Source: a virus. From it: a DNA stretch of 64,000 nt. The stretch is taken from IMG/VR virus record IMGVR_UViG_3300047160_006395, positions 39,398 to 103,397 of that record. The stretch is one strand, 5' to 3'. Of this stretch, positions 56,148 to 61,500 are shown piece after piece. Made by a program: the position numbers and the translations under genes. The notes below the pieces were generated by a model. The model did not search any database. It was not told the DNA's origin and saw only the letters and a list, made by a program, of their open reading frames with translations. Numbering within the stretch: position 1 is the first letter of the stretch; the number at the start of each line of letters is the position of its first letter.

Positions 56148-56230
56148 ACGAGCCTCGGCGGGTCGTTGTTGGACTTGTTCTGGTTGAGATTGCTCTGCTG
56201 GCAGATCAGCCGGTACCGCGACCGGCTTTG

Positions 56231-56794
56231 TTAGTCTTTGCCGTCTTCGCCTGTAGTAGGGTCCGCCAGGTCAGTCCCAGGTTCCTTGGCGAGCATGATC
56301 ACGGGGAACCACCCAGTCTTGTGTCCCCAGAGAGCGGCCCACAGCTCGTCATCCTTGACGGCTTCTTGCACTGCCGCGATGGCAGCGCGGGATAACCAGT
56401 ACCGGCCAGTATCGTCGAGTTGCTGCACAGCTTCGAGCGGCAAGCTGCGAGCGAACCGGCGACGCAGGATGCGGGCCTGTAGCGCTTCAGGCTTGCGGTT
56501 GATCTCCTCGAGTGTTGCCTTGACGTCGGCTTCTGCACAGCGGTTGACCACCGCGATGGCCAGGTTGACGAAAATGTCGAACCAGCTGCGATCGAACTTC
56601 GCAATGACTTCAGGAGCTATCTGCTTGAGTTTGTCCATGACCAGGACAGCGAATAGCTCCGCACCATCAGCCGGCGTCATCGGGCTTGTCAGATCATCGA
56701 GGATCTGCTTGATGACAGGCCCCATCGAGGGCTTTGTAAACTTCGGCGGCGGTTTCCGCTTCGCCGGTTTCGCCCCCTTGTCATCCTTTGGCAT
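56231..56794 (-). CDS. hypothetical protein
   Basis: 187 aa; AAGGAGG RBS. Confidence 0.7.
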   Translation of the reverse strand: MPKDDKGAKPAKRKPPPKFTKPSMGPVIKQILDDLTSPMTPADGAELFAVLVMDKLKQIAPEVIAKFDRSWFDIFVNLAIAVVNRCAEADVKATLEEINRKPEALQARILRRRFARSLPLEAVQQLDDTGRYWLSRAAIAAVQEAVKDDELWAALWGHKTGWFPVIMLAKEPGTDLADPTTGEDGKD

Positions 56795-56972
56795 TGGGAT
56801 CCTCCTTGGATGAGCTTCGTGGTGGAATCAAAGGCTGTGGATTCTCAGGCATGCTTGGCGGCGGAATCAAAGGCGAGCACTCCGCCGATTGCTCCGTCAT
56901 CAAGCGCCGGAACCAGGCAGTGATCTTCTTGATGATACCACGGAAGTGATAGCCCGGCTGATCGGTGGACAT
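56781..56972 (-). CDS. small hypothetical protein (MSTDQPG...)
   Basis: 63 aa; AGGA upstream; overlaps the next gene; contains a short duplicated PLIPP. Confidence 0.35.
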   Translation of the reverse strand: MSTDQPGYHFRGIIKKITAWFRRLMTEQSAECSPLIPPPSMPENPQPLIPPRSSSKEDPNAKG

Positions 56973-57169
56973 TAACTTGGTTCCTAAGTTAGTAGCCCAT
57001 CTTGCACGCACAGGACAGCAATCGGTGAACGCGCCACCAGCGCCAACCTGCCGTACCCAGCGCGGCTGGCCATGCCGCTTCTCACCATTATCCCATCTGG
57101 CCAGACCAGGATATGGAGTAGCTGGACGATGCAAATAGCAAGATACTGCGGCCGGCGGCGATACGCAAC

Positions 57170-58564
57170 TCAGCTGTACAGTGCGTTCGCCACGCCCGAG
57201 ATCAGCCCACCCCACATGCCATAACTCTGGAGCTTCTGTTGTGCTTCCGGTTTCAGTCCGGCCAAGGCGCCCAGCGTTTTGCCCACCGCAAGGCCCGTGA
57301 GCCAGCCCTTACCAGCACCCAATGCCGCAGCCGTCCCAACCTGCCACGGACTCAACACATCTGTCTGGGCCGCCTGCGAGGCACCAGACAGCAGCCCGCT
57401 GACGGCAGCCGCTGCATACGGCGGCGTGCCCATAGGCTGCTGGTTATTACCCCAGGGGCTCTTGGTACCAAAGGCGTTAGGTGGATTGCGCACGTCATTC
57501 CAGACGACCTGGTTGAATGCGTCGACCGGGATGGATTGAGTGAACATGGCACCAGTACCGGCGTAGTCCTGAGCTGCCTTACGAAACCACGGATGGACCC
57601 CGGCAAGTTTGGTCCCGTTTGCATCGAGCGGCGAGTTAGTACCGGGAGGCTCACGGCCCGGTTCTTCTTGCGATAGACTCGGCGGCGGCCATGGTAGGGT
57701 AGTGGGTTGGAAAGGCGGCAGCGATGGCCTGGGCGGCTCACCGGTCGATCCTGGCGGCAGGTTCCGGCCCCGCCACTCAGCCGTTGCGCGCCATAGCCCA
57801 GGCGCTGCACCCAGGGCGGCACCACCTAGCCCCAGGGTCCAGGGCAATCGTCCCTTGTTGACGGCTTCATCGGGCAAGAACTGGTCGGCGATCCAGCCGG
57901 CGCCATAACCCAGACCGCCGCCGATCAAGCTGTTGACGATTGCCGAGGTCAACCCGCTCGGGCCACCGATCGCCGTTTGAATGGCACGATGGGGCTTCGC
58001 AATCGGTTCCAGGTAGCCATCTGCTGCTTTGACGAGCACCCAACCTTCCACCGGCGGCGGTGGAATCGGTTCGATGAACAAGGCCATATTGGGCACGCCG
58101 GGGACGTCGGGAAGGCGCTCCCAATCAGCGCGTTTCTCAATGTCGGCCACTTCAGCCCACGCTGTCGAGGTGCCACCGTGCCACCAGAGTCGGTCTTCCG
58201 GGCCGGCGGCTCGATCCGCCCAGGCGGCGAGACGGCATGCCATTGGGGCGGCTTGCTTGTAAAGAGCAACAACCATAATGGGTACGCGTCGCCAACATTC
58301 GAGATCATAGCCATCAACAATCTCCCCGAGTTGGTCTTCGAGTCGGGCCATCTTGAGCCCCTGCCGCCGGTTGAACTCGGCTATCGCTTCATTCATGCGC
58401 TGCCCTTGCGTTCGCCACCTATCGCGTGAATCGACCTTGTAGGCAGCCCGGCCCAGATTCTGACCGATATTCGAGAGCAAACCCTGCTTCGGATCGTAAG
58501 TAGGCTCCTCGGCAAGAACATTCAGAAATGGCCTCTTGACAGGCGAGAACATCGTGTCGTTCAT
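57170..58564 (-). CDS. putative internal virion protein, K-x-A segmented, with Gly zippers
   Basis: 464 aa; KMA, KQA, KRA, KAA, KLA, KAA; several GGGLGYGAG-type segments. Confidence 0.65.
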   Translation of the reverse strand: MNDTMFSPVKRPFLNVLAEEPTYDPKQGLLSNIGQNLGRAAYKVDSRDRWRTQGQRMNEAIAEFNRRQGLKMARLEDQLGEIVDGYDLECWRRVPIMVVALYKQAAPMACRLAAWADRAAGPEDRLWWHGGTSTAWAEVADIEKRADWERLPDVPGVPNMALFIEPIPPPPVEGWVLVKAADGYLEPIAKPHRAIQTAIGGPSGLTSAIVNSLIGGGLGYGAGWIADQFLPDEAVNKGRLPWTLGLGGAALGAAPGLWRATAEWRGRNLPPGSTGEPPRPSLPPFQPTTLPWPPPSLSQEEPGREPPGTNSPLDANGTKLAGVHPWFRKAAQDYAGTGAMFTQSIPVDAFNQVVWNDVRNPPNAFGTKSPWGNNQQPMGTPPYAAAAVSGLLSGASQAAQTDVLSPWQVGTAAALGAGKGWLTGLAVGKTLGALAGLKPEAQQKLQSYGMWGGLISGVANALYS

Positions 58565-58567
58565 TGG

Positions 58568-61500
58568 TCAACCAAAGAGGTGCCACGGGCGCTTGTAGCC
58601 AGGTGACCCTACCCTGCGAAGGACTTCCCGGAACTGCTCGTTGAGTTCTTCCTTGCGCTGCGACTGACGCTCGAGTACTTCGTCAGCAGACGGTCGAGGC
58701 TTGGCGCCGAACATGCTACTGAGCCAGCCCGGCGGCGGCATCTTGGCAACGTATCGCTGTATCCTCACATTGCGTAGCTCGGGCGGCAAGCCCTCATGGC
58801 TGTCATACCGTAACCCGCGGCCCCTGGCCTGACCCAGACGAGCTTCGTTCCAGTGCGGATCGAGCAGCTGAATGAGTTGCGTACCCTTGGCTGAAATACC
58901 TTCGGCGCCAGCCGGCCCGATCAAGAGCACGCGCCGTTTGCCAGCGTTATACTCATCCAGCATCTGCTTGCGCTGCTCATCGGGCATCTCACCGTGGAAC
59001 TGGCCGTAGGGAATTCCCTCGTGTTCGAGCGCCGCCGCGTAAGGCGTCAGCCCGGCGTCGATGAAGTTCGAGTAGACCAGCGCCTTGGCCTGCGGGTTAC
59101 TGGCCAGGGTCTGCTTGAGATTGCCCATGGCAGACTGGAGTTTGGCCGATGTCTGGAAAGCGCGCATCGGATCTTTGGACGAGTGGTACGGGTAAAGCGA
59201 TAAGGCAGCCTGTCGCGGTCCAGTCATGAAGGCTGATAGATGACCCAATTCCTGCTTGGTGAGCGGGTAGTCGTTGGACAGCTTCCAGCGCATCAGCCAG
59301 GGCATCTTGCCCCACATCAGCTTGTAGAAGTCTTGCTGCTCCGGGCTCAGGTTGACTTCTACTCGTTCATCGTTGGTCTTGACCCCTTCAGGCGAACGTG
59401 ATGCCTGGTAGTCAACGTGCCCCTCGAGCAATCGCTCGAGGTCATCTTCGTTCTGGAGCGATGGCACCTTGACCGACTTGACACCCTGGAGCCAACCCAT
59501 CCAGCCAGGACTGACTGTCGTGCTGCCGACGAACTTCTGATTGAAGGCAGCAGGAGTCATTTCCTTGCCAGTAAGGATTGACAAAGGTACAGCCAGATCA
59601 CTGGGCTGATTGACAATCGGCGTGCCTGAGAGCAAGACCCGATGCGGAGCTGTCATAGCCAGATTCATCGCGGCGCGGGCGCCAGCCGACTCCGGGTTGC
59701 GGATGCGCTGGGCCTCGTCAAGTATAATGGTATTAGGTATGTGTTGAGGTTGCTTACCCATTCCAACCCCAGTATATGAAAGAATATCCGGAGCCGAACC
59801 TGGATCCCATCGCCCAACTTCTTTACGGAAGTTTTCCCGCAGCGATGCTGGAGTGATCGCCGCGTAAGGGCCGCCAATGGCTTTAGCCGCTTCGATCGCA
59901 CTCCGAGTTTTTCCAGAACCGAGGCCGTGATAGACAAGAAGCCCATCACCGTGCGCTACTCGTCCGGCAACTCGGCGTTGGTAGGGCTGCATCTCGACGT
60001 TGAGTTGCGCGAGCTTACTCCTAAGATCTGTTCGATCGGCCAACCACGTTGATGTCGCATGTATAGAGTGAGATAGGCAACTTGCAGCTTTTCTGCCCAG
60101 TCCTTGAGCGAAAGAGTCTCGCCCTGATGCGTCAGAATGATATTGTTTTTGCGGCTGTAACGCCTGTCCAGACTGCCGGACGGACATGACAATACATCCG
60201 CTATCGCCATCCCTTTCTTGATCCTCGCTTTGATCATGGTCGGCGACACGCCCAGCCGTCTTGCCCATTGCCTGATGTTCAGCCGCAGCCCATCGTGTTC
60301 CAGGAACTTGGCCGCCTTGTTCTCCGTCCCGGGCGGCACGGTGAGCGCCTGTTTGACCGACCAACCCGCATTGAGCCGACCCCGCAACGTCATGCTGGCA
60401 ATGCCCGTCTCTTCCGCCCACGCGTCGAGCAGCTGCGTCTTTCCGTTGAACGTGATCCTGCGGCAGTAACGCCGGTTCTTGGCTTGTTGCGCCCGCGACG
60501 CCCAAATGCAGTTGCCCGGGAAGTAACCCTTGTCGTTGTCCTTCCGCTCGATCGTCAGTCCGGGTGGGCATTCGCCCATATCGGCCAAGAAGTTCTCGAA
60601 CTTCAGCCAGCGCCGGCAGACCTTGATCCCCCGACCGCCATAGTCCCCGTACTTCTGGTTTTTCGGGTTCTCGCACCGTTGCAGCATGGTGCCCCAACTG
60701 CGATACGTCCGTGAACCGCTCTGCCCGTGTGTCCTGGCCATTTGCGCCTCTCGTGTGAACTTCGTTGTTCCTTTCATTATACGAGAGGTCCGGGGAAGTG
60801 AAAGATGCCGCCTTGGTGAGCCGGCTTCCGACCACCTTGCGCGGGGCGTGGATCCGGAAGTTGGTCCCGATGTGGGTCAGGCCCACGATGCCGTCCTCGG
60901 CCGAGTCCTGGATGAACTCATTAGGGCGTTCGCTGAGCAGCTTCGCGAGGATCGCGTGCTTGGCCGAGTAATTCTTTCTATCCGACTCGGCCTTAGCACG
61001 TTTCAGGTCGGCCAAAATGGGATGGGGCGCAGCGGCTTTCTCACTCCAGACATGACCGCACCGGTTGCACTTGCCAGTACGGGGATCTTGCTCGAGCCGG
61101 GCTCCGCATTTCGGGCAGCATTCGCCAGGCGGACAAGACTCAATCCTCATGCTGCGCGCCAACTTGTTTAGACCTTCGGCCGCCCCGGTTGTCGGGATCA
61201 TGCCGGCTCCATCCTGCGGGCCTGTCGTGGGCAGCTTGCTCACCCATGCCGGCGGCGCAGGCTTGCGCTGCTTGTCCTCGGCGATCAGATCGTCAGTGCT
61301 CTCGCCCACGTTGGGGCTGCGCTCCGGAATGCCGTCGACTGCCGATGCCTCATTACCAAAACCAGCGAGGCTGGCCAACTTGGCAATCGGATGTGTCTTG
61401 AGCGCCTTGAGTGCGGCGATACGCCCTGTATAGAAAGGCTTGGATTCATCCTCGGGTTTGTACTGACGAATTCGCCTGATCGCTGTGTCGAGATGCCGTA

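Noticed and set aside
59990-60025. Independent start for the helicase (AGGAG near 60018-60022, ATG of MQPYQ)
   Set aside because: The AGGAG is about 25 nt from the ATG, too far for a normal RBS; independent initiation is not excluded but is unsupported.
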